A DNA stretch of 64,000 bases from an uncultured delta proteobacterium (GCA_963802225.1 CAWDHZ010000014.1:71022-135021); one strand, 5' to 3'; positions 11,203-22,160 are shown, counted from the first letter of the stretch. The notes: generated by a model from the sequence alone, not told the origin. Numbers and translations: made by a program.

Positions 11203-11997
11203 TCAGCGCAGGGCCGCCTTGAGGGAGGCGGCGTAGGCCTCCACGGCGCCGACCAGACCGGGGCTGCCGGCCTTCTCGCCGATGAGTTTCACGAAGGCGC
11301 TCCCGACGACAACACCGTCGGCCGCATTGCCGATCTGGCGGGCCTGCTCGGGTGTGGAAACACCGAATCCGACGACGACGGGGAGTTTCGTCAGAGCACG
11401 GATCGCCCCGACGTTCTTGCGCGTTTCCTCCAGCTCGGGGCCCCTCGTGCCCGTCACCCCCGTCACCGAAATATAGTAGATGAAACCCGAGGACGCTTTC
11501 ACGACCTTCCTGACCCGGTCGCCCCCCGTCGTGGGCGCCACCAGTGAGATGAAATCGATGCCCGCCGGGTCCGTCTGACTGCGCAGCTCCGCCGCCTCCT
11601 CGGCGGGGAGATCCACCACGAGCACACCGTCGACGCCGGCGTCGGCGGCCCGCCTTGCAAAGGGTGCGCTTCCCATGGAGAAGATCGGGTTGTAGTAACT
11701 GAAGAGCACCAGCGGGATCTCCACGGTGCCTCGCAGCTCACTGATGAGATCGAGCACCCGCGGCAGTGTCGTGCCGCTTTCCAGCGCCGCCTGGGATGCC
11801 GCCTGGATCACGGGCCCGTCTGCCGTGGGGTCCGAGAAGGGGACACCCACCTCCAGGATGTCCACGCCGGCCTTCGCCAGGGCGGGGATCAGCGCCCGCG
11901 TGGTCTCGAGGTCGGGATAGCCCGCCGTGATGTAGGCCACGAGGGCCTTTTCGCCTTTTCTCTTCAGCTCGGCGAATTTCTTTTCAATGCGCTTCAT
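11203..11997 (-). CDS. trpA: Tryptophan synthase alpha chain (in frame with trpB in this sequence)
   Basis: [42 protein letters not shown]; own GGGAG RBS before ATG 11997. Confidence 0.95.
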   Translation of the reverse strand: MKRIEKKFAELKRKGEKALVAYITAGYPDLETTRALIPALAKAGVDILEVGVPFSDPTADGPVIQAASQAALESGTTLPRVLDLISELRGTVEIPLVLFSYYNPIFSMGSAPFARRAADAGVDGVLVVDLPAEEAAELRSQTDPAGIDFISLVAPTTGGDRVRKVVKASSGFIYYISVTGVTGTRGPELEETRKNVGAIRALTKLPVVVGFGVSTPEQARQIGNAADGVVVGSAFVKLIGEKAGSPGLVGAVEAYAASLKAALR

Positions 11998-13251
11998 GAT
12001 CGGTATCTCCCTGAAAGGACAAACCTCCTCGTCCCCCTTTCGCAAAGGGGGGAAGGGGGATTTAATTCTTGTTTCTTCGATGATCCCTGCGTCCTTGTCC
12101 CCCCGCCCCGAGAGGTTGATGACGATGATCCGGTCGCTCTTCAGCGTGGGCGCAAGCTTCATGGCGTAAGCGATCGCGTGGGCGCTCTCCATGGCGGGGA
12201 TGATCCCCTCGCAGGCGCACAGCGTGCGGAAGGCCTCCAGGGCCTCTCCGTCCTCGACGGAGACGTAGTCGGCCCGCCCCGTTTTCTTGAAATAGCTGTG
12301 CTCGGGCCCCACCCCCGGGTAGTCGAGCCCCGCCGCCACCGAGTGGGCCTCGCGGATCTGGCCCGTGTTATCTTGTAAGAGGTAGGTCTTGTTGCCGTGA
12401 AGCACGCCGATACGCCCCGCCGAGATGGAGGCCGAATGCTTCCCCGTGGCGATCCCGAGACCCGCCGCTTCGACGCCGATCAGCTTCACGTTTTCGTCGT
12501 TGCGGAAGGGGTAGAAGATCCCCATGGCGTTGCTCCCGCCGCCCACGCAGGCGATGATGCAGTCGGGCAGGCGCCCCTCCTGCTTGAGGATCTGCCGCCT
12601 CGTCTCGCGGCCGATGACGCTCTGGAAATCCCTGACCATCATCGGGTAGGGGTGGGGGCCCGCCACGGAGCCGATGATGTAGAAGGTGTCGCGGACGTAG
12701 GTCACCCAGTGGCGCATGGCCTCGTTCATGGCGTCCTTGAGGGTGGCCGACCCGGCGGTGACGGGAACCACCTCGGCGCCGAGGATCTTCATTCGCAGCA
12801 CGTTGGGGGCCTGGCGGCGGATGTCCTCCTCGCCCATGAACACGCGGCACTCCATCCCGAAAAGCGCCGCCACGGTGGCCGTGGCCACCCCGTGCTGGCC
12901 GGCGCCCGTCTCGGCGATGACGCGCCGCTTGCCCATGCGCCGGGCGAGCAGGGCCTGGCCGAGGGTGTTGTTGATCTTGTGGGAGCCCGTGTGGTTGAGG
13001 TCCTCGCGCTTCAGGTAGATCTTCGCCCCGCCGAGCTTTTCCGTGAGGTTTTTCGCCAGGTACAGCGGCGTTTCCCTTCCCGAGTATTGCCGGAGGTAGT
13101 AGTGCAACTCCTCGCGAAAGGCCTTGTCCTTCCGGCTCTGCCGGTAGGCGGCCTCCAGCTCCAATAGGGCCGGCATGATCGTCTCGGCCACGTACCGGCC
13201 GCCAAAAACCCCGAAATGCCCTTTCCTGTCGGGCAGCGATGGCATCTTCAC
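11998..13251 (-). CDS. trpB: Tryptophan synthase beta chain (no stop before trpA)
   Basis: [49 protein letters not shown]. Confidence 0.95.
12032..12063. repeat. GC palindromic repeat (TCCCCCTTT-N3-AAAGGGGG..GGGGATTT family)
   Basis: tccccctttcgcaaaggggggaagggggattt; related copies at 16551-16727, 18251-18367, 21010-21092, 22793-22825, 24160-24206, 52576-52654. Confidence 0.85.
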
Positions 13252-13925
13252 GTCTTTCTCTCCTTACGTTTTCTTAAATATCCGCTTGTCCGAATCGGTC
13301 TGACCGGGCCGGCTAAAATGCTGACGGAAGCAATGACCGACCGTATCTTTTCATGATCTTTCTTTCCGGGCGCTGTCTCGACGCCGCTCGAGATGTCCAC
13401 GGCCAGTGGGCGCACTGCCTCCAGGGCCGCAATGATGTTCTCCTCACTGAGCCCGCCTGCGAGGATGAGGGGATGGCGCGCCGCCGCTCTGTTCGCCAGG
13501 TTCCAGTTGCAGGTCTTCCCCGTGCCGCCGAAACGGACCGGGTCGTGGGCATCGACGAGAAAGGCCCTCACCGGGTAATCGGCCATCGCGACAAACTCTT
13601 CTTCGCTCCGGAAGGACAGGGCCTTGATCACCCTTTCGCGGGGGAACCGAAGGCAGTACTCCCGCGTCTCCGCGCCGTGGAGCTGGATGAAGTCGAGCCC
13701 GCAGAGCTCTGCGATCTGCAAAACCTCGACGGCAGCCAGATTCACAAAGACCCCCACCGTGCAGACGGTCGGCGGCAGGACCGCGATGATTTCCCTCGCC
13801 TTCCCCGGCGTCACGTAGCGGGGGCTTGCGGGGTGAAACACGAACCCCAAAGCATCGGCCCCGGCCGAGGCAGCCGCCAGTCCGTCCTCAATGTTGGTGA
13901 TCCCGCAGATCTTGATCTGAACCAT
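13248..13925 (-). CDS. trpF: Phosphoribosylanthranilate isomerase
   Basis: [35 protein letters not shown]. Confidence 0.95.
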   Translation of the reverse strand: MVQIKICGITNIEDGLAAASAGADALGFVFHPASPRYVTPGKAREIIAVLPPTVCTVGVFVNLAAVEVLQIAELCGLDFIQLHGAETREYCLRFPRERVIKALSFRSEEEFVAMADYPVRAFLVDAHDPVRFGGTGKTCNWNLANRAAARHPLILAGGLSEENIIAALEAVRPLAVDISSGVETAPGKKDHEKIRSVIASVSILAGPVRPIRTSGYLRKRKERKT

Positions 13926-13945
13926 TTTCGTCTGTCCGGTCCGTC

Positions 13946-14035
13946 CCGGGTCTCGTATCGGGTCTATCCGGTCTAGTTTTGGAATCCTGTAGCCTGATTC
14001 CCTCTACCCTATACCCTATACCCTATCCCTGTCCC
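13946..14035. repeat. Heptamer tandem repeats (TACCCTA/TACCCGA type), inverted pair
   Basis: cgggtctcgtatcgggtct ... taccctataccctataccctat; related arrays at 14821-14901, 22737-22769, 24236-24274. Confidence 0.75.
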
Positions 14036-14804
14036 TGCCGAGCAGCTCCCTGAGTTTCTTCCCCACATCCTTCTCCCTCATCAGGCTCTCGCCGACGAGA
14101 AAGGCGTGAATGCCGGCTTCCATCAGCTTCTCGATGTCGCCGCGGCTGCTGATCCCGCTCTCGCTCACCACCGTGACACCCTTCGGGACCATGCGGGCAA
14201 GCCGGATGCTCACCTCGAGATCCGTCCGGAAGGTCGCCAGGTCGCGGTTGTTGATCCCCACGATCCTCGCCCCCGAGGAGACGGCCTTTTCCACGTCGGC
14301 CTCGTTGTGGACCTCCACGAGGGCCGCAAGGCCCAACTCCGAGGCAAGCCCGAGGAAATCCCGCAGCTCGCCTGCCTCGAGGAGCCTCGCAATGAGAAGC
14401 AGCGCATCTGCGCCCAGGACGCGGGTCTCGTTGATCTGGTAGGCGTCGATGATGAAGTCCTTCCTCAGCAGCGGCAGCCCAACCGCCCTTCCGATCTGAG
14501 GGATGTAAGCGGCACTGCCCTCGAAGAACTTCCGTTCCGTCAGGATGGAGATGGCCGAGGCGCCGTTATCCTCATAGATGCCGGCGATCCCGACGGGGTC
14601 GAAATCTTCCCGGATCCGGCCCTTCGACGGCGAGCTCCGCTTGACCTCGGCGATTACGGCACAATCCCGGTTTCGGATCGCCCCTTCGAAATCACGGGTC
14701 GGGGGCCTGTCGGCAAGCATCTGACGCAGCTCCCCGAGGGGCAGGATCTCCTTCTGCCGCGCCACTTCTTCGCGTTTGTTCTCGACGATTTTCTGAAGAA
14801 TCAT
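14016..14804 (-). CDS. trpC: Indole-3-glycerol phosphate synthase
   Basis: IAEVKRSSPSKG, LRKDFI, GINNRDL.TF, SESGI, LVGESLM; start MILQKI. Confidence 0.96.
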   Translation of the reverse strand: MILQKIVENKREEVARQKEILPLGELRQMLADRPPTRDFEGAIRNRDCAVIAEVKRSSPSKGRIREDFDPVGIAGIYEDNGASAISILTERKFFEGSAAYIPQIGRAVGLPLLRKDFIIDAYQINETRVLGADALLLIARLLEAGELRDFLGLASELGLAALVEVHNEADVEKAVSSGARIVGINNRDLATFRTDLEVSIRLARMVPKGVTVVSESGISSRGDIEKLMEAGIHAFLVGESLMREKDVGKKLRELLGRDRDRV

Positions 14805-14908
14805 CTGGTCTGATCCCTTTCGGGTATCGGGTCTCTTGTCTGAAATCAAAAGAACCCGCTTCCTGTACCCGGTACCCTGTACCCTGTACCCATGTACCCT
14901 GTTTTTAG

Positions 14909-15919
14909 TCAGCTTCGGCTCATCTCGATGAGGGCCTGGAGCTTTTTGATCGCGGCGCCGCTGTCGATGCACTCCTCGGCCACCTTGATCCCCTCGGCAA
15001 TGGTCTGCGCCTTCCCGCCGGCGACAATGGCCAGGGCTGCATTCAGGACGACGATCTTGCGCCGCGCCCCGTCATCGCCGGTGAGGACGGCCTTGGTGAT
15101 CTCGGCGTTTCTCGAGGCATCGCCGCCGAGGAGCGCCTCGCCGCCGTATATCCTTCCGAAGTAATCGGCGGGGTTGATGTTGTAGGTCGTGACAATCCCG
15201 TCCTTCAGCTCCGAGACCCTCGTCTCTGCCGTCACGGTGGCCTCGTCGAGACCATCGGCCCCGTGGACGATGAAGGCCCGCTTCGTGCCCAGGTTTTTCA
15301 GCACGCCGGCGAACATCTCCGTGAGCTTCGGGTCGTAGACGCCGATGAGCTGGGCGGTGGCCGAGGCGGGGTTGGTCAGCGGCCCCAGCATGTTGAAAAT
15401 GGTCCGCAGCCCGATCTCGCGGCGGGGCCCGATAGCGTACTTCATGGCCCCGTGGAGCTTCGGCGCAAAGAGAAAGCCGATGCCGATCTGCTGGACGCAC
15501 TCCTCGACGATCTCGGGCGGGGCGTCGATGTTGACCCCGATGGCCTCGAGCACATCGGCGCTCCCGCAGCTGCTGGAGACGGCGCGGTTGCCGTGCTTGG
15601 CCACCGTGAGCCCTGCCGCCGCGACGACGAAGGCCGCCGTGGTCGAAATGTTGAAGGTATTGCGGCCGTCGCCCCCGGTGCCGCAGGTGTCGACGATGAC
15701 GGGCGAGCGGGCGTCGATCCGAGTGGCCTTGAGGCGCATGACCCGGGCGGCGCCGGTGACCTCGGCGATGGTTTCCCCCTTCATGCGCAGGGCCGTGATG
15801 AATGCCCCGATCTGGGCCGGTGTGGCCTTCCCCTCCATGATCTCCGTCATGGTCTCCGTCATTTCCGCTTCCTGGAGGTCGATTCCCTGGACGACCTTCG
15901 CCAGTGCTTCTCGGATCAT
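14909..15919 (-). CDS. trpD: Anthranilate phosphoribosyltransferase
   Basis: [37 protein letters not shown]. Confidence 0.97.
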   Translation of the reverse strand: MIREALAKVVQGIDLQEAEMTETMTEIMEGKATPAQIGAFITALRMKGETIAEVTGAARVMRLKATRIDARSPVIVDTCGTGGDGRNTFNISTTAAFVVAAAGLTVAKHGNRAVSSSCGSADVLEAIGVNIDAPPEIVEECVQQIGIGFLFAPKLHGAMKYAIGPRREIGLRTIFNMLGPLTNPASATAQLIGVYDPKLTEMFAGVLKNLGTKRAFIVHGADGLDEATVTAETRVSELKDGIVTTYNINPADYFGRIYGGEALLGGDASRNAEITKAVLTGDDGARRKIVVLNAALAIVAGGKAQTIAEGIKVAEECIDSGAAIKKLQALIEMSRS

Positions 15920-15923
15920 GATG

Positions 15924-16523
15924 CTATTCTCCTTTCCCTTTCTCTTGCCCGTTCCCGGTGACCATTTCCAGGAAGTTTCTCAGAATTCGTTTCCCGTTCG
16001 GCGTGAGGACCGACTCGGGGTGGAACTGCACCCCCTCCAGGGGGTAGTGGCGGTGGCGAAGCCCCATGACCTCGCCCTCCTCCGTCTCGGCGCTCACCTC
16101 CAGGAAGGGCGGGAGCGTGTCTCGCTGCACGAGAAGCGAGTGATAGCGCCCCGCCGTGAGCGGGTTGGGCAGGCCCTTGAAGATCGTCCGGCCGTCGTTG
16201 AAGACGGGCGAGGTCTTGCCGTGCATCAGCCTGTCCGCACGGACGACCTCGGCGCCGAAGGCGTAGCCGATGGCCTGGTGCCCCAGGCAGATTCCCATGA
16301 TGGGAATCCGCTCGTGAAACCGCCTGATCACCTCGACGGTGACTCCCGCCTCCTTCGGCGTGCAGGGGCCAGGCGAGAGAAAGATCGCCTCGGGCGCCAT
16401 CGCCTCGATTTCCTCGATGGTGATCTCGTCGTTTCGGTGCACGGCCACCTCGCAGCCCAGCTGGCCCAGGTACTGGACCAGGTTGTAGGTAAAGGAATCG
16501 TAGTTATCGATCATCAGAAACAT
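15924..16523 (-). CDS. trpG: Anthranilate synthase component II (glutamine amidotransferase)
   Basis: [36 protein letters not shown]. Confidence 0.95.
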   Translation of the reverse strand: MFLMIDNYDSFTYNLVQYLGQLGCEVAVHRNDEITIEEIEAMAPEAIFLSPGPCTPKEAGVTVEVIRRFHERIPIMGICLGHQAIGYAFGAEVVRADRLMHGKTSPVFNDGRTIFKGLPNPLTAGRYHSLLVQRDTLPPFLEVSAETEEGEVMGLRHRHYPLEGVQFHPESVLTPNGKRILRNFLEMVTGNGQEKGKGE

Positions 16524-16550
16524 GATTGCTTCTCCCGTCTTTCATTCTTG

Positions 16551-16727
16551 AAATCCCCCTCTTATCCCCCAGTGAGCTGCTACGCAGCAGTAACTGGTGA
16601 TTCGTGACTAGTTGATAAGGAGGAAAGGGCTCGCTCGGGCGGACTGTCTGTTCTTCCCCAATCAACTAATTACCCAATCAACCAATTCCTGCAGCGAAGC
16701 TGCCAAAGGAGGGTTGGGGAGGATTTT
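16551..16727. repeat. Nested composite repeat: GC palindrome halves enclosing GCTGC inverted ends and inverted octamer arrays
   Basis: aaatccccctcttatccccc | gctgctacgcagcag | taactggtgattcgtgactagttgat ... atcaactaattacccaatcaaccaatt | ctgcagcgaagctg | caaaggagggttggggaggatttt. Confidence 0.7.
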
Positions 16728-16728
16728 A

Positions 16729-18231
16729 TCATTCTTCCGACAGCTCAAAGCCCCTCGCTGCCAGTCGTACCGCCTTCATCATCGCGGCGGCCTTGTTGAG
16801 CGTCTCCTCGTACTCCTTTTCAGGATCGGAATCGGCCACGATGCCGGCGCCGGCCTGGATCGAGAGATTCTCGCCCTGGAGCACCATCGTCCGGATCGTG
16901 ATGCAGAAGTCCATGTTCCCCGTAAAGCTGAGATACCCCACGGCACCCCCGTAAGGGCCTCGCCGGGACGGTTCCAGTTCGTCGATGATCTCCATGGCGC
17001 GGATTTTGGGCGCCCCCGTCAGCGTCCCCGCCGGGAAGGATGCCCGCATCACATCGAAGCAGTCCTTCCCTTCGGCAAGCTGGGCCCTCACGTTCGAGAC
17101 GAGGTGCATGACGTGGGAGTAGCGCTCGACGATCATGTACTGGTTGACCTGAACGCTCCCGATCGCCGCGATCCTGCCCAGGTCGTTTCGCCCCAGGTCG
17201 ACGAGCATGACGTGCTCGGCCCGCTCCTTGGGGTCTTCGAGGAGTTCGTCGGCCAGCATCCGGTCCTCCTGTTCCGTCTTCCCCCGACGCCGCGTCCCCG
17301 CGATGGGCCGCAGCTCCGCGAAACCGTCCTCGACACGGACCATGACCTCCGGCGAGGAGCCGATGAGGTGTACATCCTCCAGCTTCAGGAAGAAGAGGTA
17401 GGGCGAGGGGTTGACAAAGCGCAGCGCCCGGTAGAGATCCACGGGGTCGAGGGGGTTTTTCGCCGAGAAGCGCTGCGAGAGGACCGCCTGGATGATGTCG
17501 CCCGCGCCGATGTATTCCTTTGCCCGGCTAACCATCTCCTTGAAAACCTCGGGCGTCATGTTGGACTCGAATTCGACGTCCTTGCGGAAATCCCCGTTTC
17601 TTATGAGCAGCGGCTTGATGGGCTCCTGGAGCAGTGCAATCATTCGATCGATCTTCGCCGTCGCCTCGGCGTAGGACCCTTCGAGGCAACTCTGCCCTTC
17701 GTCGCAGCGGGCCGAGGCCACCACCTTGATCGTGTGGCGGACATTGTCGAAAATGATGAGCGTGTCCGTGACCATGAACACTGCGTCGTCCATTTCGCCT
17801 TCGGCATGGGTGCTCTTCGCCAGCCGCTTCTCGAAGTAGCGGACTATGTCATAGGAGAGGAAACCCACGGCACCGCCGCTGAAGCGCGGAAGCCCGCTCA
17901 CGGTGACGGGCCGGTACCGGGCGAGAAGCTCCTTCAGGACCGCCAGGGGGTCGCCCCTATGGGGGAGTTGCATGAGGTGGCCATTGCTGCGGACCTCCAC
18001 CTCCTCGGGCTTCACACGGACCACGGCCAGGGGGTCGGCGCCCAGGAAGGTATAACGGCCCCACTTCTCGCCGCCCTCGACGCTCTCCAGCAGAAAGGCG
18101 TAGGGGCGCTTGCGGATCTTCAGAAGGGCCGTCACCGGCGTCTCCTCGTCGGCGAGGATCTCCCGGTAGACGGGGATGAGATTGCCGCGTTTCGAAAGTT
18201 CCTTGAATTCCTCAAAAGACGGTTTGAACAT
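16729..18231 (-). CDS. trpE: Anthranilate synthase component I
   Basis: LLESVEGGEKWGRY, NPSPY, GSSPE, PIAGTRRRG, EHVMLVDLGRND, PAGTLTGAPK. Confidence 0.97.
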   Translation of the reverse strand: MFKPSFEEFKELSKRGNLIPVYREILADEETPVTALLKIRKRPYAFLLESVEGGEKWGRYTFLGADPLAVVRVKPEEVEVRSNGHLMQLPHRGDPLAVLKELLARYRPVTVSGLPRFSGGAVGFLSYDIVRYFEKRLAKSTHAEGEMDDAVFMVTDTLIIFDNVRHTIKVVASARCDEGQSCLEGSYAEATAKIDRMIALLQEPIKPLLIRNGDFRKDVEFESNMTPEVFKEMVSRAKEYIGAGDIIQAVLSQRFSAKNPLDPVDLYRALRFVNPSPYLFFLKLEDVHLIGSSPEVMVRVEDGFAELRPIAGTRRRGKTEQEDRMLADELLEDPKERAEHVMLVDLGRNDLGRIAAIGSVQVNQYMIVERYSHVMHLVSNVRAQLAEGKDCFDVMRASFPAGTLTGAPKIRAMEIIDELEPSRRGPYGGAVGYLSFTGNMDFCITIRTMVLQGENLSIQAGAGIVADSDPEKEYEETLNKAAAMMKAVRLAARGFELSEE

Positions 18232-18379
18232 TTTTTCTTCCTTCCGGGCTTCCCCCTTTCATAAAGGGGGACCGGGGGCGCATCCCGTCAGGGTGCGCAA
18301 CCATGTCTGGTTCCTTCCTTGCCGGGCCGCCCCGCGAAGCGGAACAGGGCGGCAAAAAGGGGGATTTGATTCTGTTGTC

Positions 18380-18415
18380 AAAATGAAAAAGGCCGTGCTC
18401 CTCGCACGGCCTTTT
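18380..18415 (-). terminator. Second (downstream) attenuator terminator of the trp leader
   Basis: AAAAGGCCGTGC-GAGGA-GCACGGCCTTTTTCATTTT on the minus strand. Confidence 0.8.
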
Positions 18416-18432
18416 GATTCTTGCAGATCGCT

Positions 18433-18476
18433 GAAACAAAAAAACCGTGGAGCACCCTCGGGGTTTCCCACGGCCT
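18433..18476 (-). terminator. First attenuator terminator of the trp leader
   Basis: GGCCGTGGG-AAACCCCGAGGGTGC-TCCACGG-TTTTTTTGTTTC on the minus strand. Confidence 0.85.
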
Positions 18477-18496
18477 TGATCAGTCAATTCATGTTC

Positions 18497-18574
18497 TTAT
18501 GGCAGCAGGCAGACCCCTCCTATGAAGTTCCACCACCACCAGCTGTTTGTTGAAAAAATTGCTCTGCTCACCAT
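18497..18574 (-). CDS. trpL: trp operon leader peptide MVSRAIFSTNSWWWWNFIGGVCLLP (25 aa)
   Basis: Four consecutive TGG codons, GGAG RBS, lies between a promoter and terminators upstream of trpE; absent from the ORF track. Confidence 0.92.
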   Translation of the reverse strand: MVSRAIFSTNSWWWWNFIGGVCLLP

Positions 18575-18594
18575 TCGTTCTCCAATTATTCGTA

Positions 18595-18623
18595 CTTATA
18601 ACAAGCTTTCCGCCACCTGTCAA
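18595..18623 (-). promoter_or_regulatory. sigma70 promoter of the trp operon
   Basis: TTGACA-N17-TATAAG on the minus strand, about 20 nt upstream of the leader ATG. Confidence 0.8.
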
Positions 18624-18654
18624 CCCGGTTTATTTGGACCATGACGCCCGGCAG

Positions 18655-19221
18655 TTAATAATAGAGATTCGGCGACTGGACCTTTTCTTTCTCATCAATG
18701 GAAATCCCCTCCTGTTCCAGCAGCGCCCGCTTCATGGCAAGTCCTCCCTGGTATCCGCCGAGCCTTCCGTCGGAGCAGATCGCCCGGTGGCAGGGGATGA
18801 CGATGGGGAATGGATTTGTCGCCAGGGCGTTGCCCACAGCACGGGCGCCCTTGGGAACGCCCAGATGGGCTGCGATTCTCCGGTACGTGCTCACGGAGCC
18901 CCGCGGGATGCCATATTCCGCCAGAAGGACTCTCTGCTGAAACGGGGGACAGAGATCGAGCCGCACATGCCCGAGCGCAAAACGGACATCGGCACCGTCG
19001 AGACACGCCTCGATCCGCCTTGCCAGATCGTCGATGAGGCTGCAGGAGAATGGGAGCGAATCCGGGAACTGTTCCTTCAGGCTCATTTCTGCCGGCTGCC
19101 CCGGTCTAGAGATCAGGATCTGCCGGACCATGGGTTTGTGTGACCGGGTTTCCCACAGGATGACCGCGGGGCCGAAGCGCGTTCTGTGCACGATATGGCA
19201 ACATGGCTTTTCCCTTTGCAT
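18655..19221 (-). CDS. ogt: Methylated-DNA--protein-cysteine methyltransferase
   Basis: IPRGSVSTY, ARAVGNALATNP.PIVIPCHR, GGYQGG...K..LL..E. Confidence 0.9.
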   Translation of the reverse strand: MQREKPCCHIVHRTRFGPAVILWETRSHKPMVRQILISRPGQPAEMSLKEQFPDSLPFSCSLIDDLARRIEACLDGADVRFALGHVRLDLCPPFQQRVLLAEYGIPRGSVSTYRRIAAHLGVPKGARAVGNALATNPFPIVIPCHRAICSDGRLGGYQGGLAMKRALLEQEGISIDEKEKVQSPNLYY

Positions 19222-19388
19222 AAATCCTATCCCCGTGCCTTCAGCACCAGCCGCTCGTTTCAGGCGGTCCTTGATCGCCCGCATCGAAGAAAACGATTCC
19301 ACGCTTGCCCCGGCAAAGCAACGGGGTGGCTCCTTGACGGTGCCACCCCGTTCACTGACCCGTGGGAAAACAGAAACATTCCCGATGG

Positions 19389-20024
19389 CTAGAAGCGATA
19401 CTTCAGCCCCACCGTGATCATGTGATTGGTGAGGTCCCCGTCGCCGGTATCGAAGCCGTACGAACATTGGACGTAGCGATAGCCTACGTCGATGGCCCAT
19501 TGGGGATTAATCACAAAATCGGCCCCGAGGAGGAACTGCCAGGCGAAGTCGTCCGCTGTCTGGTTCAGGATCCGGGAGAGGGACCCCGTGCCCGAACCGG
19601 ACGTTTCGCCCCAGGACCAGCCGATCCCCAGGCCGACATAGGGCTGGAACCAGTTGACGGGATACCGCAGTAACACATTCAGGAACAAGTTGTTCGTCGT
19701 GATGTCGCCGGAGTTGATCCTGGAGGCGCCCACCGCCTGGTTTTCGAAGTCGTTTGACGTGTAGAAATACTCCAGCTCCACGGCGATATACTGCATCTGG
19801 GGCAGGATATAGCCTCCTTTCACGCCCGCCACATACCCGCTATCGAGGCCGATATCCCCGGATCCGGCGGACCCCCCGGACACCTCCAGGTCATCGGGCA
19901 TGGTGTAACCGCCAAAGATCCCCACGTAACCGCCGGTTCCAGCCGCCGCAGCATTCCCTGCGGGAACAAAGAGCAGCAGGAAAGCGACGACTGCCCAAAG
20001 CGCATATCCTGTCCACTTCTTCAT
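19389..20024 (-). CDS. Outer-membrane beta-barrel protein (OmpW/porin-like)
   Basis: Signal peptide MKKW..AAA, QPYVGLGIG, FAWQ..LGAD, DVGYRY, C-terminal GLKYRF. Confidence 0.85.
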   Translation of the reverse strand: MKKWTGYALWAVVAFLLLFVPAGNAAAAGTGGYVGIFGGYTMPDDLEVSGGSAGSGDIGLDSGYVAGVKGGYILPQMQYIAVELEYFYTSNDFENQAVGASRINSGDITTNNLFLNVLLRYPVNWFQPYVGLGIGWSWGETSGSGTGSLSRILNQTADDFAWQFLLGADFVINPQWAIDVGYRYVQCSYGFDTGDGDLTNHMITVGLKYRF

Positions 20025-20229
20025 CACGCAACCTCCTTTTTCGTGGTTTATGGTTCGATCGCCACGAGCGAACACTCATGGCGAGACATCCAATGGAATT
20101 TCTGCAGCACTGCAGGCTTGGGTCCGGATCGGTAGCGATCAGGTGTTTCGGATACGACGTATGGGAAAGGTCAATTCATGGGTAGGATAAAGGCGGCGCA
20201 ACGCCCTGTCAAGAAAAATACGGGTCCCC

Positions 20230-20997
20230 TCAGCCCTTCCTGTTTTCCTGCCGGATTAGCTCCTCCAGCGCCTTCGCGCCCTGTTGAACGACAAGCGGTT
20301 TCACGGTGCCGATGGCCCTCTCTTGGAGGTCCAGGATTTCGGATGCATGGGGGTTCCCCGCGATAATCTGCGCATAGAGCTGCGGATGCGAGAAAAGATT
20401 CTCGACGGCCGCGAGCCTTGCCCGGAAAAGCGGTGTCGAGAAACGCTCCAGTTCCTCCTGCGAAATCCCGGCCTCACGGATCGAGAGCCCCAGGACGAGC
20501 GTGTTCAGGTGATTCAGCGCCTGGACGACGGCCATGATCTCGTCGTGCCGCTCCGGCGTTGTCTCGATGAGATTTGCGCCCCCTTGCCCAAGTACATCCC
20601 GCACCCAAGGGGGCCATCTGTCGCCCCTTGCCGGGCACAGGACGATGTTCTGCCCTTCCAGGGACGGCACTCCCGGACCGAACAGCGGGTGAAGGCCGAT
20701 GACCTCCGAGGCCGATGCTTCCAGCATGGCCCGCACCGGCCCCGCCTTCAGGGAGGTGAGATCCATGAGGAGAGAGTTCGTCTTCATGTGCGGCCCCACC
20801 TCGCGGATGACGGCTTGAGTCACCCCGATGGGCACGCTCACGATGACGACGGGGCAGGTTGCCGCCATCTCTGCGGGGCGAAGGCCGCCTGTTTGTCCCG
20901 ACGCGTGGACGGGGTAGCCCGCCTGCTCGAAGAACCCGGCAAACCAGCGGCCGATACCACTGACGCCCCCAATGATGCCGATGGGAAACTTTTCCAT
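20230..20997 (-). CDS. tyrA: Prephenate dehydrogenase
   Basis: GIIGG.SGIGRWF, DLTSLK, HPLFGP, HDEIMAVVQALNH. Confidence 0.9.
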   Translation of the reverse strand: MEKFPIGIIGGVSGIGRWFAGFFEQAGYPVHASGQTGGLRPAEMAATCPVVIVSVPIGVTQAVIREVGPHMKTNSLLMDLTSLKAGPVRAMLEASASEVIGLHPLFGPGVPSLEGQNIVLCPARGDRWPPWVRDVLGQGGANLIETTPERHDEIMAVVQALNHLNTLVLGLSIREAGISQEELERFSTPLFRARLAAVENLFSHPQLYAQIIAGNPHASEILDLQERAIGTVKPLVVQQGAKALEELIRQENRKG

Positions 20998-21107
20998 ATT
21001 TCTTTTCTCTCACCCTCCTTTGAAAAAGGAGGGTCGGGGAGGATTTGCCATTGGAAGAAAATCCCCCTGTATCCCCCTTTATAAAAGGGGGATGATAAGA
21101 ATGCGAT

Positions 21108-22160
21108 TCATCGCACAGCCCTCTGTCTCAGCAGATGATCCGCCAGGACCAGGCAGACCATGGCCTCGCAAACGGGGACGATGCGGGGGATGACGCAGGC
21201 GTCGTGCCTGCCCCGCACCGTGATTTTTACCGGGGTTCCCCGGGCGTCGATGGTTTCCTGCTCCATGGCGATGGAGGCGATGGGTTTGCACGCCGCCCGG
21301 ATTACGATTTCCTGCCCCGTCGTGATCCCCGCAAGCACTCCGCCCGCGTGATTGGTCTTGAACCCGTCGGGGCCGATGGGATCGTTGCACCGCGATCCTC
21401 TCATCCGCGCCGCCTCGAACCCGGCGCCGATCTCGACGCCCTTCACCGTCCCGATGCTCATGAGGGCCCCGGCCAGTTCAGCGTCGATCTTGTCGAAGAC
21501 GGGCTCTCCGAGCCCCGCCGGGCCGCCCGTGACGCGGATCTCCACGATGCCGCCGAGGCTGTCGCCCTCGCCCCTCACCTCTTCCAGCTTCTGCTCCATC
21601 CGCTTTGCCGCCTCGGGGTCGGGGCACAGCAGGCGGTTTGCGCCGATGGCATCCCTCGACCAGGTCTCGATGCCGATGCCGCCCAGCTCCACGGTACAGC
21701 CCAGGACATAAAGCCCTTCGCGGGTGAGGAGCTTGCGGGCAACGGCGCCAGCGGCCACGCGGGCCGCCGTCTCGCGCCCCGAGGCACGGCCGCCGCCAAG
21801 GGGATCCCGGATGCCGTATTTTTTCAGATAGGTGAAATCCCCGTGGCCGGGCCGGAAGACGTCTCGAAGATCGTCGTATGCCTCGCTGTCGGCGTCGCTG
21901 TTTCGGATGAGAAGAGCGATCGGTGTGCCCGTCGTCTCTCCTTCGAAGACCCCGGAGAGGATCTCCACGCGGTCTTTTTCTTTTCTTGACGTGGAGGCTT
22001 TGTGACCGCCCGGCTTGCGCCGATTGAGCTCCGCCTGGATGTCGGCCTCGCCGAGAGCGAGCCTCGGCGGGCAGCCGTCGATGACAGCCCCGATGGCCTT
22101 CCCGTGCGATTCCCCGAACGTGGTGACCCTGAAGAGCACGCCGAAGGTGTTACCGGACAT
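21108..22160 (-). CDS. aroC: Chorismate synthase
   Basis: [38 protein letters not shown]. Confidence 0.97.
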   Translation of the reverse strand: MSGNTFGVLFRVTTFGESHGKAIGAVIDGCPPRLALGEADIQAELNRRKPGGHKASTSRKEKDRVEILSGVFEGETTGTPIALLIRNSDADSEAYDDLRDVFRPGHGDFTYLKKYGIRDPLGGGRASGRETAARVAAGAVARKLLTREGLYVLGCTVELGGIGIETWSRDAIGANRLLCPDPEAAKRMEQKLEEVRGEGDSLGGIVEIRVTGGPAGLGEPVFDKIDAELAGALMSIGTVKGVEIGAGFEAARMRGSRCNDPIGPDGFKTNHAGGVLAGITTGQEIVIRAACKPIASIAMEQETIDARGTPVKITVRGRHDACVIPRIVPVCEAMVCLVLADHLLRQRAVR

